Shown here: piece after piece, positions 28,781 to 39,382 of the stretch | Position numbering within the stretch: the stretch's first letter is position 1 | Layout: every line of letters starts with the position of its first letter | Position numbers and translations under genes: made by a program | DNA from: Thermodesulfobacteriota bacterium | GTDB taxonomy: Bacteria; Desulfobacterota; Desulfarculia; JACQYL01 | DNA: 64,000 nt | Assembly: GCA_963675595.2 (NCBI GenBank) | Contig: CAXXLZ010000002.1 | Span: 2,112,001-2,176,000, forward strand | Direction: 5' to 3' | Notes under the pieces: model-generated | Database searches by the model: none | What the model was told of the DNA's origin: nothing | The model's input: the letters and a program-made list of their open reading frames with translations, nothing else

Positions 28781-29200
28781 TCATTCGGAAGGGGAAGCGT
28801 CTTCGGCGGTGCCGGAGGAAGAGGGAGATCGCGGACCTTGGGAGCCGCCGGCCAACACCTCTTTTATCTTGGCTTCCAGTTGATCGATATCCAGAGGTTT
28901 GGTCAGATAGTCGAACGCACCCAGTGTAATGGCCTCGTGAGCCGTCTGAACCGTCGGGTAACCGGTAAGAATAAGCGCCTTCAGGTCGGGCCGATCCTTC
29001 CTGAGTTCCTCCAGTACCTGAATTCCCGTGGTTTCCTTCAACTTCAGATCGAGAACGGCCAAGTCCACCTCGTGCGCCCTCGCATAGTCGAGGGCATCCT
29101 TTGCCTCGGTAAAGGAAACCACCTCATAGGAAGGACGGAGGATCCTTTCCATGAGCATACAGGCGTCCTTTTCATCGTCCAGGATGAGTATCCGCTTCAT
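28781..29200 (-). CDS. Single-domain response regulator
   Basis: ILILDDE, LDLKL, LTGY, YLTKP. Confidence 0.9.
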   Translation of the reverse strand: MKRILILDDEKDACMLMERILRPSYEVVSFTEAKDALDYARAHEVDLAVLDLKLKETTGIQVLEELRKDRPDLKALILTGYPTVQTAHEAITLGAFDYLTKPLDIDQLEAKIKEVLAGGSQGPRSPSSSGTAEDASPSE

Positions 29201-29268
29201 GGGACTCCCCTTTCAAGGGCCTGCCTTAATAGGTCCGGGCCCCGATATCCGATTTGACCGTGCACCGT

Positions 29269-31146
29269 CTAAACGGATGCGCCTCGAAAGGCCTTGGCCA
29301 AGCCCGCCATGGAAACGGCCTTAATCTCTCTCGCGCACGCGGGACACAGATTTCTATGCAGTTTCACCGCTTGGTCCGCGTCCGCCACTTTGTCCACGTA
29401 ATCGATGTACTTGGCGGGAGCGTAATATTCTCCACAACTCTCACACCTGCTCAACTCGAGTCTGGCCAGCACCGTACCGCACTGCTCGATCCGCCGCTCT
29501 CCATTTTCGTCGACGGCTTTCAGACAACCTTGCGGGCAAATGTTCACGCAGGTGGCACACCCGATGCAATGCTCCCCGGGCCTGAGCAAATCCGTGAGCA
29601 ACATCCGGTCTTCCGTGGCTCCCATGAATTGAAGAGCACCCACTCCGACCTTGCTGCGACATACGTCCGCGCAATCCCCGCACCCGATACAAAGATCGCA
29701 CCGCAAGCAACGACGGGCTTCCAGTCGTGCGGTTTCCTCGTCAAAGCCCAACTCCACCTGCTCGAAGGAGTGTTTTCTTTGTTCCGGCGACAGCTTGGGC
29801 ACCTCGTGAGGCGGAATTTTCACTTTGTCGGCGGCGTCCAGATGGACAGGTTCCACCCGCATTCTGGGAACGGCTTCGGCAATTCTTTCCGGCATGGGCT
29901 GTCCCCTGAGGAAAGCGTCGATCCCGGCGGCGGCCCGCTTGCCCGCACCGATGGCCTCCACCACGGTCGCGGGGCCGGAGACCGAATCCCCTCCGGCGAA
30001 TACGTCCGGAACCGAGGTTTGCATGGAAGCCGGCACCACCATGATGGTTCCCCAGCGAGTGGTGTCCAGACCGGCGTCCGTTCCCAACCAGGAAAGGTCC
30101 GGCGCCTGACCGATGGCCGCGATCACCGCGTCGGCCTCAATGACGTGGTCGCTGCCGCGGATGGGAACAGGTCTGCGTCTTCCCGAAGAATCCGGCTCCC
30201 CTAGTTCCGCCTTCAGGCATTCAACACCCGTGACCTTGCCTTTCTCCCCCACGATCCGAACGGGGATGGTCAGGTAGTGGAATTGGACACCCTCTTCTTC
30301 GGCCTCCTCCACTTCCTCTCTGAGAGCGGGCATCTCATCCCGAGTTCTCCGGTATACCACCCGGACGTCCTCACTCTCCAATCGAACGGAGATGCGCGCC
30401 GCATCCATGGCGGCATTGCCGCCGCCCACGACCACCACACGTTCTCCCGCTTTGTCCCGTTCACCCAGAACCTGGCGATTGAGAAAAGTCACCGCATCCC
30501 ACACCTGCGGGAACTCCCTTTCTCCCGGAATCCCCAATCGGTGTCCCCGGTGCGCCCCGATTCCGATAAAGAACGCCTTGAACCCCTCGCGTCTTAGCTG
30601 TTCGATGGTGAAGTCGCCTCCAATGGGGGAATTGTAGCGGATTTCCACGCCCATTCTTTCCATGCGGGCCACTTCCTTGAGAATGACTTCCCGGGGCAGC
30701 CGGTATTCGGGAATTCCTACGGCCATCATCCCACCGGGCACGGGCAACGCCTCGAACACAACGACTTGATATCCCTTTTCGGTGAGGTAATAGGCGGCGG
30801 TCAGACCCGCCGGTCCCGCTCCGACCACGGCCACACGTTCCAGCATTTTGTCGGGAGGACGATATACGGTTTCATCCGTCATCCGGTCCACGTACTCGGC
30901 CACGAAGCCCTTGAGGGACTTGATGGCGATGGGTTTGTCCTGAAAGCCGCGCACACAGGCCCGTTCGCAGGGGTGAGGGCAAACCAGCCCACAGACCCAG
31001 GGGAACGGATTGTCCCTTCGGATCAAATCCACGGCCTCCCGGTACCTTCCATGAGCGATGAGCGCCACGTAGCTCGGCACGTCGATGCCGGCGGGACAAG
31101 CCAACTGGCACGGAGCGGAGATCAATTGTTGATTCGGAGTCAGCAT
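29269..31146 (-). CDS. GltD/SudA-like FAD/NAD(P)H oxidoreductase with C-terminal 2x[4Fe-4S] ferredoxin domain
   Basis: PCQLACP, VCGLVCPHPCERAC, GAGPAG, GGGNAAMD..YRR, CIGCGDC, CIGCATCVNICP. Confidence 0.9.
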   Translation of the reverse strand: MLTPNQQLISAPCQLACPAGIDVPSYVALIAHGRYREAVDLIRRDNPFPWVCGLVCPHPCERACVRGFQDKPIAIKSLKGFVAEYVDRMTDETVYRPPDKMLERVAVVGAGPAGLTAAYYLTEKGYQVVVFEALPVPGGMMAVGIPEYRLPREVILKEVARMERMGVEIRYNSPIGGDFTIEQLRREGFKAFFIGIGAHRGHRLGIPGEREFPQVWDAVTFLNRQVLGERDKAGERVVVVGGGNAAMDAARISVRLESEDVRVVYRRTRDEMPALREEVEEAEEEGVQFHYLTIPVRIVGEKGKVTGVECLKAELGEPDSSGRRRPVPIRGSDHVIEADAVIAAIGQAPDLSWLGTDAGLDTTRWGTIMVVPASMQTSVPDVFAGGDSVSGPATVVEAIGAGKRAAAGIDAFLRGQPMPERIAEAVPRMRVEPVHLDAADKVKIPPHEVPKLSPEQRKHSFEQVELGFDEETARLEARRCLRCDLCIGCGDCADVCRSKVGVGALQFMGATEDRMLLTDLLRPGEHCIGCATCVNICPQGCLKAVDENGERRIEQCGTVLARLELSRCESCGEYYAPAKYIDYVDKVADADQAVKLHRNLCPACAREIKAVSMAGLAKAFRGASV

Positions 31147-31183
31147 GACTTCACGCCTATCGTATAATTTCCATGGGTCAATC

Positions 31184-31690
31184 TTACCCGGCCCGCAACG
31201 ACACGATTTGTTCCCGTTCCCGAAGGCGATCTTCGGTAAGTTCTTCCTTGGGATCCAGGAAGAGGCAGCCCGTGATGCATTTCGTTACGCAGGCGGGTTT
31301 GAGTCCTTCATCAATGCGATCTTTGCACAGGTCGCATTTGACGGCTTTTCGAGTCTCGGGATTCCACTGAGGCACGCCCCATGGACAGGCATACATGCAC
31401 ATTTTGCAGCCGATGCATTTCTCCTGGTCCACGAAGACGATGCCGTCCTTCGCTCTTTTCTGCATGGCCCCGGTGGGACACACCGGCACACACCAAGGAC
31501 GCTCGCAGTGAAAACACGCGATAAAGGAAAAAGCCATTCGAGGAACCTGCCCCACCCACTTGGGTCCCACTTGGTAGATGCGGCACAGCCTGGGACCTTC
31601 GGGCAGGTTCTTGTTCGCTTTGCAGTGCACTTCGCACGAGTAACAGCCGATGCAGCGATCGATATCCTGGTAGAGAACATATTGGCTCAT
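31184..31690 (-). CDS. DmsB/PsrB-like four-cluster Fe-S subunit
   Basis: CIGCYSCEVHC, CFHCERPWCVPVCP, CIGCKMCMYACP, KCDLC. Confidence 0.92.
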   Translation of the reverse strand: MSQYVLYQDIDRCIGCYSCEVHCKANKNLPEGPRLCRIYQVGPKWVGQVPRMAFSFIACFHCERPWCVPVCPTGAMQKRAKDGIVFVDQEKCIGCKMCMYACPWGVPQWNPETRKAVKCDLCKDRIDEGLKPACVTKCITGCLFLDPKEELTEDRLREREQIVSLRAG

Positions 31691-33792
31691 GCGGCTTTCT
31701 CCCGCTCCCCGGCGATCTTGCGTACGGTCACCGTGGGTTCCGAAAATGCGATTCCGCCTCCGGCGGGATCATAGAGGTTCAGACATCCTTTGGCCAGCCG
31801 CTGGTCGGCGAACCCGACTCCGAAAGCTCTTTTGAGCAAGGGAACGGTGCGACCGAATCCGTGGACCGTAAACACGCATTCCGGATGAATAAACGGCGTG
31901 GTCAACGCCTTCGCTCGGGCCTTGACGCCACCGGCCGTGATCTCCACCTCGTCCCCCGTTCGAATGTTCAGCGTCTGTGCGACGCCTTGATTGATCCAAA
32001 GGGGATTTTCCGGGAAAATCTCATGAAGCAGCGGGTTGTTCTGCGTATGCCCATGGGCGTGTATGGCGTGCCGTCCGAAGACGAGCCGGAACGTCCCGGC
32101 GGGAAGCTGGGGCCGGTCCCGGTAGGGTGCGAGAAACGGCATACCGGCATCTTCGAAGACCTGGGAGACGAATTCGATCTTTCCGGAAGGTGTTTTGAGT
32201 TTGAGGTCGTTGTCGCGATCAAACAGAATCGCCTTGTCGGCCAGATCCACGAATCCCTTCTCATCGAAATCCCGTATGGTCAGGCCGGTGCCTTCCAGTT
32301 GATGCGCCCACAGCTCCTCGACGGTCTCGTAGGGCAAATGCTCTCCCACTCCCAGACGGTCGGCGAGTTGTTTGAAAATCCACCATTCCGGTTTACTGTC
32401 ATACAGGGGTTCAATGGCTTTTCGACGGACGATGAACCTGGGAACCTTTCCTTTTTGAACCGCGATGGGACTGTCTTTTTCAAGATAACCGGACAGCGGA
32501 AGAATGACGTCCCCATACCATGTGGTCTCACCGAATTTCGCATCCAAGGCCACGATCAGCTCGAGTTTATCCAAGGCCGCACGCTGGGCTTCGCGATCCG
32601 GAAATCCCGTCAGCGGATCGTGACGATACGCAATGTAGGCCTTTACCGGATAAGGGTCTTCATCGAGGATCGCGGGATAGAATAATTGAAACAATCCGGG
32701 TCCCGCATCGATGTGGGGATACTTCCAACCCGCTCCGTCGGCCCGTTTCACCTGCGGCTTGGGTATCGAGGCCGCGAGGTCCTTGAGTCCGGGCTTGCCG
32801 TAGTCCTTGGGCGCCTTGGCGACGATCTGGCCCCCTTCCACTTCCACGTTGCCCATCAAAACATTCAGAATATGGAGGGTTCGGCTGGCGTAGAACGAAT
32901 CCAGATATCGGGCCAGCATCCAACCGGGATGAAATACGACCTTGGGCCGATCTTCGCCGAGTTCCGCCGCGAAATCCACGATTTCACCGGCCGCGACTCC
33001 GGTTTCCTTCTCCGCCCATTCCGGGGTGTACGGTTGAACGAATTCCGCGAGACGGTCGAAGTCTTGGGTCCATCGTTCGACGAAGTCCTTATCGTAGCGG
33101 CCGTCGCGGATGACGGCATGAATCAGCGCCAGGTTGAGGGCGTAGTCCGTCCCCGGGCGAATCATCACGAACCGACTCGCCTTGCTGCCCGTAACGGTCT
33201 GTCGCACGTCCACATAAGTCAGTTTCATGCCCGCCGTGACGGCTTCCATGAGTTCCTTGGCTTCCTTGACCTTTAGGGACTCGAGCATGTTGCGGCCGTA
33301 AAGGACCAAGTGACGGCACTTCTTCATGTCGTAGAGGAAGTCTTTCCGCCCCAGGCCGTAAACGGAAAGGCTCGCATGATGTACGTTGCGTCCGCAGGAA
33401 GCATCGTGATTCGTGAAATTGGGAGACCCCACCGCTTTGAGGAAAGCTTTGGGAAGGTCCAGGAACGGACCGCCTCGGCAGCTCAGGAAGAGTGTTCCCG
33501 GGCCGTGTTTTTGAACTAGACCGGAGAGTTTGTCGGCCACATAATCCAACGCGGTCTCCCAGGTCACACGCTTCCACTGGCCGCCTCCACGCAATCCCTG
33601 TCGGATCATGGGCCCTTGGGGACGTTCTTCCTCATAGTGAAAGGAAAGCCCGGCGGAACCTTTCCCGCACAAGGACCCGCCCAGGATAAAGGGGTTCCCT
33701 TCAATCCAGCGCGCCACGCCGTCCTCGACTTCCACACGGATGGGACAGCGGACGGTACACATGCCGCACATACTGTAGACGCTTCTGCTCAT
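31687..33792 (-). CDS. Mo/W-bisPGD oxidoreductase catalytic subunit (PsrA/PhsA-like), no Tat signal
   Basis: CGMCTVRC..LCGKG cluster motif; NHDASC putative Cys ligand; IRPGTD. Confidence 0.88.
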   Translation of the reverse strand: MSRSVYSMCGMCTVRCPIRVEVEDGVARWIEGNPFILGGSLCGKGSAGLSFHYEEERPQGPMIRQGLRGGGQWKRVTWETALDYVADKLSGLVQKHGPGTLFLSCRGGPFLDLPKAFLKAVGSPNFTNHDASCGRNVHHASLSVYGLGRKDFLYDMKKCRHLVLYGRNMLESLKVKEAKELMEAVTAGMKLTYVDVRQTVTGSKASRFVMIRPGTDYALNLALIHAVIRDGRYDKDFVERWTQDFDRLAEFVQPYTPEWAEKETGVAAGEIVDFAAELGEDRPKVVFHPGWMLARYLDSFYASRTLHILNVLMGNVEVEGGQIVAKAPKDYGKPGLKDLAASIPKPQVKRADGAGWKYPHIDAGPGLFQLFYPAILDEDPYPVKAYIAYRHDPLTGFPDREAQRAALDKLELIVALDAKFGETTWYGDVILPLSGYLEKDSPIAVQKGKVPRFIVRRKAIEPLYDSKPEWWIFKQLADRLGVGEHLPYETVEELWAHQLEGTGLTIRDFDEKGFVDLADKAILFDRDNDLKLKTPSGKIEFVSQVFEDAGMPFLAPYRDRPQLPAGTFRLVFGRHAIHAHGHTQNNPLLHEIFPENPLWINQGVAQTLNIRTGDEVEITAGGVKARAKALTTPFIHPECVFTVHGFGRTVPLLKRAFGVGFADQRLAKGCLNLYDPAGGGIAFSEPTVTVRKIAGEREKAA

Positions 33793-33966
33793 AAACAAAT
33801 CACCCGTCCGATTACTCGCCCGGCGCCGTTTACCCTACCTTCAACATGGGAAAATCGGAAACCATCCGTAGGATCGCCGCACAGCCGAAGAATCTGGACT
33901 TTTCAAGATGAAGAAACAATTAGTTTTAGAACAACTCAAGAACTGTAGCCCCGGCGAGTGCCTCTG

Positions 33967-35802
33967 TCAAATTTTCTCCCCATTCCGTTCCACCTCCCCG
34001 GAGCGGGCCGAAGCCGGCAGACTGATGCGAAACACCGCCCCGCCTTCGGGCCGGTTGGCGGCTTCCAGGGTGCCTCCGTGGCTTCCCACGATATCGCGGC
34101 TTACGTTAAGTCCCAAGCCGGTGCCGAAACCTTCTTTGGTGGTGAAAAAAGGCGAAAATATGTTCCTTATCAGCTCCTCGGGAATCCCCGGACCCGTGTC
34201 CGCGATGGTCACCACCACAACGCCGGTTTCCGGATCCTGTTCGGTGGTCACGATCACTTCCCCTTTGCGACCAATGGCCTGGGCGGCGTTGTTCAACAGG
34301 TTCAGGTACACCTGCCGCATTTCGTCGGCATCCATCAATACCGGTTTCAGATCTGCGGCAAAATTCCGGACGATCCGGATGCCGTCCAAAGACATACGAT
34401 GCTCCACAAGCCTCAAAGCTTCCTCAAGATGCCTGTTGACATCCAGGTGCGCCTTCTCGCGAGTCATTGTCCGAGTGTAGTCCAACAGGCCGGCAACAAT
34501 CCTTTGGCACTGTTTGGCATTCCGTTCAATTTTCCCCAGGTCCTGGTGGGCCGGCGCCGATTCCGGGGTCTCGCGTAACAGGAGCTGGCTGTATCCCAAA
34601 ATGATGTTCAGCGCATTGTTCAACTCATGAGCCACCCCGGCGGTCAACTGTCCCATGGCCGCCATCTTCTCGAGACGACGCCATCGATCTTCCCGCTCGA
34701 CCCGCTCGTCCTCCGCCTCTCCGCCCTCTTCCGTTCCTTCGGAGGCGGCCATGATGTCGACCAGTTTCTCTCCGTCCACGTAATCTTTGGTCAAATAGGT
34801 GGTGATATGGGCCATCTTTTTGGTCAAACGGCTCATTTTTTTCGCATTTCGAATAATGGCGTCCACATCCCGCTGCGCCTCGTCCTCGGTAGCCAGGGCT
34901 CGTTTCAGAAGCTGCGCATTGCCCAACACCGTGAACATGGGGGTGTTGAGTTCATGTGCCACGGCGGAAGCCATTTCCATTATGCCGCCGAGCTTCTCCT
35001 GGGTCCTTTTCATCTCCTCGATCTTCAGTTTGTCCGTAACGTTGGTCAACGTCTCGATGAGGTATTCCGGCGTGCCGTCGGCTCCGAAAACCGGCGAGGC
35101 GGATATTTCCATATCCCAGGGTTCCGCCGCTTCAGGGGAACGGAACTTCCTGGCGAGCACCACGGGACTCCCGTCCCGCTTGATCCGTTTCCAGGGACAG
35201 GGATACGCATCCGATACGGGCACCACGCATCTGAAGCCGTCGCTAAAGAAAGGCTCCAGAACTTGGTGACATCTCTTGCCCAGGATCTGCTCCGCGGTCA
35301 GGCGAGTGTCTTCCATGAACCTCTTGTTGGCCATGACCACGCGATACGCCCGATCGATGACCACCAGTTGCGTATTGAGGCTGTCGATGACTTTTTGCAG
35401 GAAATCTCGCGCGCCTTCCAGCTCCCCAAGGTGGCGCTCCCGCTCCCGATCACGTTCCAACTGCAAGTCCCGAAAAAAACCATAATAAAAAGACAGAGAG
35501 GCCACCACGATGAAGATGGTGGTATTCACACTCCCGCTGATCGGCGACAAGGCTCCCCAGATATCGGGCTTGCCCGTCAACAGAAGTACGTTTCTCAACA
35601 GGTGTCCCAAGGCCCGACTCACCGCGAACGCGGCCAGACTGCAGGAGAAGAGGAAAAGGTAAAGGTAGAAGTATCCCCGACGCCGGAGTTTAAAAGCCAC
35701 GTAGAAGATCCACAAAGCGATGCCCAGCATCGCCGCGGACCCCAGGGTGTCTATCCAGAAAACGGGCGCCATGGGCAGGGCGGGGAGCACAACGCACCTC
35801 AA
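33967..35802 (-). CDS. Membrane PAS histidine kinase with two HisKA boxes
   Basis: AVAHELNTP and GVAHELNNA, single HATPase domain; start uncertain. Confidence 0.85.
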   Translation of the reverse strand: MRCVVLPALPMAPVFWIDTLGSAAMLGIALWIFYVAFKLRRRGYFYLYLFLFSCSLAAFAVSRALGHLLRNVLLLTGKPDIWGALSPISGSVNTTIFIVVASLSFYYGFFRDLQLERDRERERHLGELEGARDFLQKVIDSLNTQLVVIDRAYRVVMANKRFMEDTRLTAEQILGKRCHQVLEPFFSDGFRCVVPVSDAYPCPWKRIKRDGSPVVLARKFRSPEAAEPWDMEISASPVFGADGTPEYLIETLTNVTDKLKIEEMKRTQEKLGGIMEMASAVAHELNTPMFTVLGNAQLLKRALATEDEAQRDVDAIIRNAKKMSRLTKKMAHITTYLTKDYVDGEKLVDIMAASEGTEEGGEAEDERVEREDRWRRLEKMAAMGQLTAGVAHELNNALNIILGYSQLLLRETPESAPAHQDLGKIERNAKQCQRIVAGLLDYTRTMTREKAHLDVNRHLEEALRLVEHRMSLDGIRIVRNFAADLKPVLMDADEMRQVYLNLLNNAAQAIGRKGEVIVTTEQDPETGVVVVTIADTGPGIPEELIRNIFSPFFTTKEGFGTGLGLNVSRDIVGSHGGTLEAANRPEGGAVFRISLPASARSGEVERNGEKI

Positions 35803-35942
35803 CGAACTTTGATTCGGCCGGCTTCCATTGAAGGAAGCAGCGGGGTTCCCGATTCCATTGCCTGTTAAGCCCGGCAGATTCCATGGTTCTTGGACATCAA
35901 CCGAGTGCCCATCCGGAGTCTCCTATCCCATGGACGAAATAC

Positions 35943-36428
35943 TCATTGGGGCCGGGATCGGCTCGAATCCTTTTCACCATTCCGGACCCCGGAATGATAA
36001 ATCTTGTTCAGTCCCAGACCCAGCAGCAATGCCCCGGGAACACACAACAGATGATCCATCTTACCAAAATAGAACAGGAGCTCCACAGGAGACCGCGGGA
36101 CGAAGTAGCTGGGCAGACTCGGCACGTCGCCCAGGAACTGATCGGGCGTCAGGCTTGCGTGGACCCAATGGGTCAAAGCGGTATTGATACTCCAGAGTGC
36201 GAAAAAGATGAAGGACGCTCGAATAAGGCGCCAACCGGGCCCCACGCGCCTCCGAGTCCTGAACCACACGTAAAGCATTCCGGCCAGAAACGCCATGTGC
36301 CCGATCTGGTGAGCATAAAGCCCTTCCGGCGCTCCGTGAGGCTGTAGGGCCCACGCGGGACCGCAGGCGACAACCGCTTGGAGAGCCACCCCAAAAGGCA
36401 CCCAAAATCGAATACGTGCACTTCTCAC
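35943..36428 (-). CDS. Small membrane protein with several His residues
   Basis: Signal-like N-terminus, QPHGAPEGLYAHQIGH, about 3 TM segments; co-oriented in the cluster. Confidence 0.7.
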   Translation of the reverse strand: MRSARIRFWVPFGVALQAVVACGPAWALQPHGAPEGLYAHQIGHMAFLAGMLYVWFRTRRRVGPGWRLIRASFIFFALWSINTALTHWVHASLTPDQFLGDVPSLPSYFVPRSPVELLFYFGKMDHLLCVPGALLLGLGLNKIYHSGVRNGEKDSSRSRPQ

Positions 36429-36431
36429 GGA

Positions 36432-39281
36432 TCAACCGTACTTCTCAACCTGGACCTTGATGTATTTGAGAGGCGGCGTCCCCCCCATGGGATCGGTGAC
36501 GTTCGGGGGCATGATTCCCGGCGTATTCACACCACCGAACTGGGAGTACTTGGGGTCCGCTTCAAGGCCCCTCCAATGCCCGAATCCCCCGGCCGAAGCC
36601 ACGACCCCTCTGGCGATTCCCCAGGTCACCATGGCTTTCTGAACTCGTTCCCCCCAAGGGCTTCGAACCAGAATCAGGTCGTCCTCCTCGATGCCGCGCA
36701 CCTTGGCGTCCTGAGGGTTCATCCAGAGAGGATTCCTCCCCTGCAATTTCATCAAATAGACGTTGTTGAAAGTAGAAGAGTGCTCATGTTCAAAGACGCG
36801 AAAATTACCGAAAATAAGGGGATACTCCTCATCCGGACCCAAGGCGGCTTCCGGCGGCTTATAGTCGGGCAATGGGTCCACGCCTTTTTCTTCCGCAACC
36901 GGATTCTTGAAATTGTACTTTCCGGTCTTGGTCTTGCCTGAAGACCCGTAGCCTTCCGGAGGATTCATCGCTCCCCATTTCTTGTATTTATAGAATTCAT
37001 GGGTGTCCGTGACGATGAACCCTTTCTCCTTGAGTTCCTCCAAGGACCAGGGGGTTCCGCGGAGCTGATTCCTTTGCGCCTCCTCGATATCCTGCCAGGG
37101 GAAATGTTCCCCGTATCCCATACGACGGGCCAGTTCCATGAAAATCCACCAACTGGGGCGCGAGTCGTACAGCGGTTCCACGGCCTTTTGCCAGTAGGTA
37201 ATGAAGGCGTCGTAAAGCCAGTCCGATCGAACCTGACTCTGCTCCAGGTAAGTCGCATCCGGCAGGACGACCTCGCAGAGCAGTGAAGCGTTACCCAGGA
37301 AAGCATCGATGGAGACGGAGAACTTGAGCGCTTTGAACGCGGAGACCACGGCGTCTTGGTTCCCCCAGGACAATACGGGATCGCCGAAGTAGTTCACCAG
37401 GGCCTCCAGGCGACCTTCAGCCACGTTCTTCGGAAAATGAGCCGGAGCCCAACCGGACCACATGGACAGTTTGCTCAACTTATCCTTGGACGCGTTGGAA
37501 GGGGGTTTGGTCTGTCCTTCGCCCCACGCGCTTTTGAGCTTCCGTTTGAACGGGAGGCTCGGACCGCCGGGAGCGTCGAAAGTCCCCAGTAGGCCGTTGA
37601 GCGCCTGGACCGCCTGAGTTCCGTACATCCCGTTGGGCGTTTGCGCCACGCCGGTCCAACTGATCACGCCGCAATGCCGCGCGTCGGACATCTCCACCGC
37701 GATGCGTTCCAGGGTGGCCGCAGGCACGCCGCAAATGTCTTCAGCCCACCGGGGAGTCCTTTCGACTCCGTCTTCCTCCCCCAGAAGCCGCTTCCTGAAA
37801 TCATCAAAACCGAAGGTCCATTCCTCTACGAACTCTTTATTGTACAATTCACCTTTGACCAGTGTGTGGCACATGGCCAATGCCGCGGCACCATCGGTGC
37901 CCGGCTTCAGGGGTACCCATTCCGTGGCCGCAGCCGCCGTCTCGGAACGCCTGGGATCGAACACCACGAGCTTGGCTCCCCTGTCCAGAGCCGCCTTAAA
38001 CATGGCCGTCTTTCTTTGACCATAGCTGGTGGCCAGCTCGTTGTTCCCAAACAAAACGATATAGTCCGAATCTTGGTAGTGGATCCAGGGTCTCTTATCG
38101 TTCAGGTTGTGCTCATTGGCCATCCGGTTCGAATTGTCGCACATCGGGCGGTGAGTCGTCTTATGAGCCCCATAGTGATCAAAAAGGCCTTCATGGAGCC
38201 AGTCGTTGAAGTCGTTCCCCCGCATGTAACCCACTTTGGCGGGATCCAGAGCTTTCAGTCGGGCCGCCGTAAGATCCAAGGCTTCGTCCCAGGAGGCTTT
38301 GCGAAAACGCTCTCCTTCCCTGATGAGAGGCGTCTTGATCCGGTAGGCGCTGTAAAGGTGATTGGCGGCGGCGGCTCCTTTGGGACAGAGTCTTCCTCCT
38401 CCCTTGGGATCCCCCGGAAGACCGCCGAGAGAAAGGACGATTCCGTCGGTCACCTTGGCCGTCTGACCGCATATGGCCCCGCAAATGTAACAATGGGTGG
38501 GAATTTTCACTTCAGGAAGCGGATCTCGAACACCGGAGGCCAAAGTCAGGTAGCTTTCGCCCAGCCCAAGTTCGGACACAACTCCATAGAGAGCGCTCAG
38601 CGCTTCAAGCAGCCCTTGGTCCGGTTGCCTTCCGGCCTGGAGGTCGAAGGCCAATATCCGTTCGTGAAATAGAAAGCTCATGGTGAACTCGGCCAGACCT
38701 TTATAAAAGTCCGACCGGGCGCTGTTGGAGAGTACGGCGCAGAACTCGATCACCCAACCCATAAGATGATCCCGCAAGAAATCGATCTGCTGCTTCCTGA
38801 GATCGGACGCCTTTTCCGGTTCTTCGTGCCCGGCTTCGAGAAGTCGCCGAAGCAATTCGAGTTCCACCGCGATGTGATCGTCCAGGTCCTTGAACTCCGG
38901 CGACTTATGCATACCTGCTTTGTGAAGGGCCTTGCGGACTTTGAAAACAGGTTCTCCCATGACCACGGGTTCACGATTCACGTACACGGACTCATAGGGG
39001 AACACCGGGTTGATTCCCGCATTAAGGAATAAATCGGCGTATTCGTAGGAAAGCTCTTTAAAGACTTCCTCGCAGGACGCGCCCCCAAAGGTTCGAACCA
39101 GCTTCTCGAAGGACGACGCCAAGTCGCGGATGGTACAACCGGATAAGAACGTTTGAACGCTGTCACGAAACTTCGCGGCGGACAGACTTTCCACCAACTC
39201 TCGGGACAACTGGTCATGGTAGAGCACGGAAAGAAGCTGGTAAACGCTCGCTCTTTCCAGGTCCAGGGAAGACGGTTCCAT
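36432..39281 (-). CDS. TorD/DmsD chaperone domain fused to a Mo-bisPGD oxidoreductase
   Basis: PYESVY and DDHIAVELE (TorD); HCYICGAIC..LCPKG, THRPMC, LKPGTD; GAGGAGG RBS. Confidence 0.88.
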   Translation of the reverse strand: MEPSSLDLERASVYQLLSVLYHDQLSRELVESLSAAKFRDSVQTFLSGCTIRDLASSFEKLVRTFGGASCEEVFKELSYEYADLFLNAGINPVFPYESVYVNREPVVMGEPVFKVRKALHKAGMHKSPEFKDLDDHIAVELELLRRLLEAGHEEPEKASDLRKQQIDFLRDHLMGWVIEFCAVLSNSARSDFYKGLAEFTMSFLFHERILAFDLQAGRQPDQGLLEALSALYGVVSELGLGESYLTLASGVRDPLPEVKIPTHCYICGAICGQTAKVTDGIVLSLGGLPGDPKGGGRLCPKGAAAANHLYSAYRIKTPLIREGERFRKASWDEALDLTAARLKALDPAKVGYMRGNDFNDWLHEGLFDHYGAHKTTHRPMCDNSNRMANEHNLNDKRPWIHYQDSDYIVLFGNNELATSYGQRKTAMFKAALDRGAKLVVFDPRRSETAAAATEWVPLKPGTDGAAALAMCHTLVKGELYNKEFVEEWTFGFDDFRKRLLGEEDGVERTPRWAEDICGVPAATLERIAVEMSDARHCGVISWTGVAQTPNGMYGTQAVQALNGLLGTFDAPGGPSLPFKRKLKSAWGEGQTKPPSNASKDKLSKLSMWSGWAPAHFPKNVAEGRLEALVNYFGDPVLSWGNQDAVVSAFKALKFSVSIDAFLGNASLLCEVVLPDATYLEQSQVRSDWLYDAFITYWQKAVEPLYDSRPSWWIFMELARRMGYGEHFPWQDIEEAQRNQLRGTPWSLEELKEKGFIVTDTHEFYKYKKWGAMNPPEGYGSSGKTKTGKYNFKNPVAEEKGVDPLPDYKPPEAALGPDEEYPLIFGNFRVFEHEHSSTFNNVYLMKLQGRNPLWMNPQDAKVRGIEEDDLILVRSPWGERVQKAMVTWGIARGVVASAGGFGHWRGLEADPKYSQFGGVNTPGIMPPNVTDPMGGTPPLKYIKVQVEKYG

Positions 39282-39382
39282 GGATTTCCTCCTCACTGCG
39301 ATAATCCCAACCTGCCCGATCAGCGGATACCGAGGTCAAATCGATAAGGGCATCCACCATCGAGCCACTCCTGAAAGTCCGA

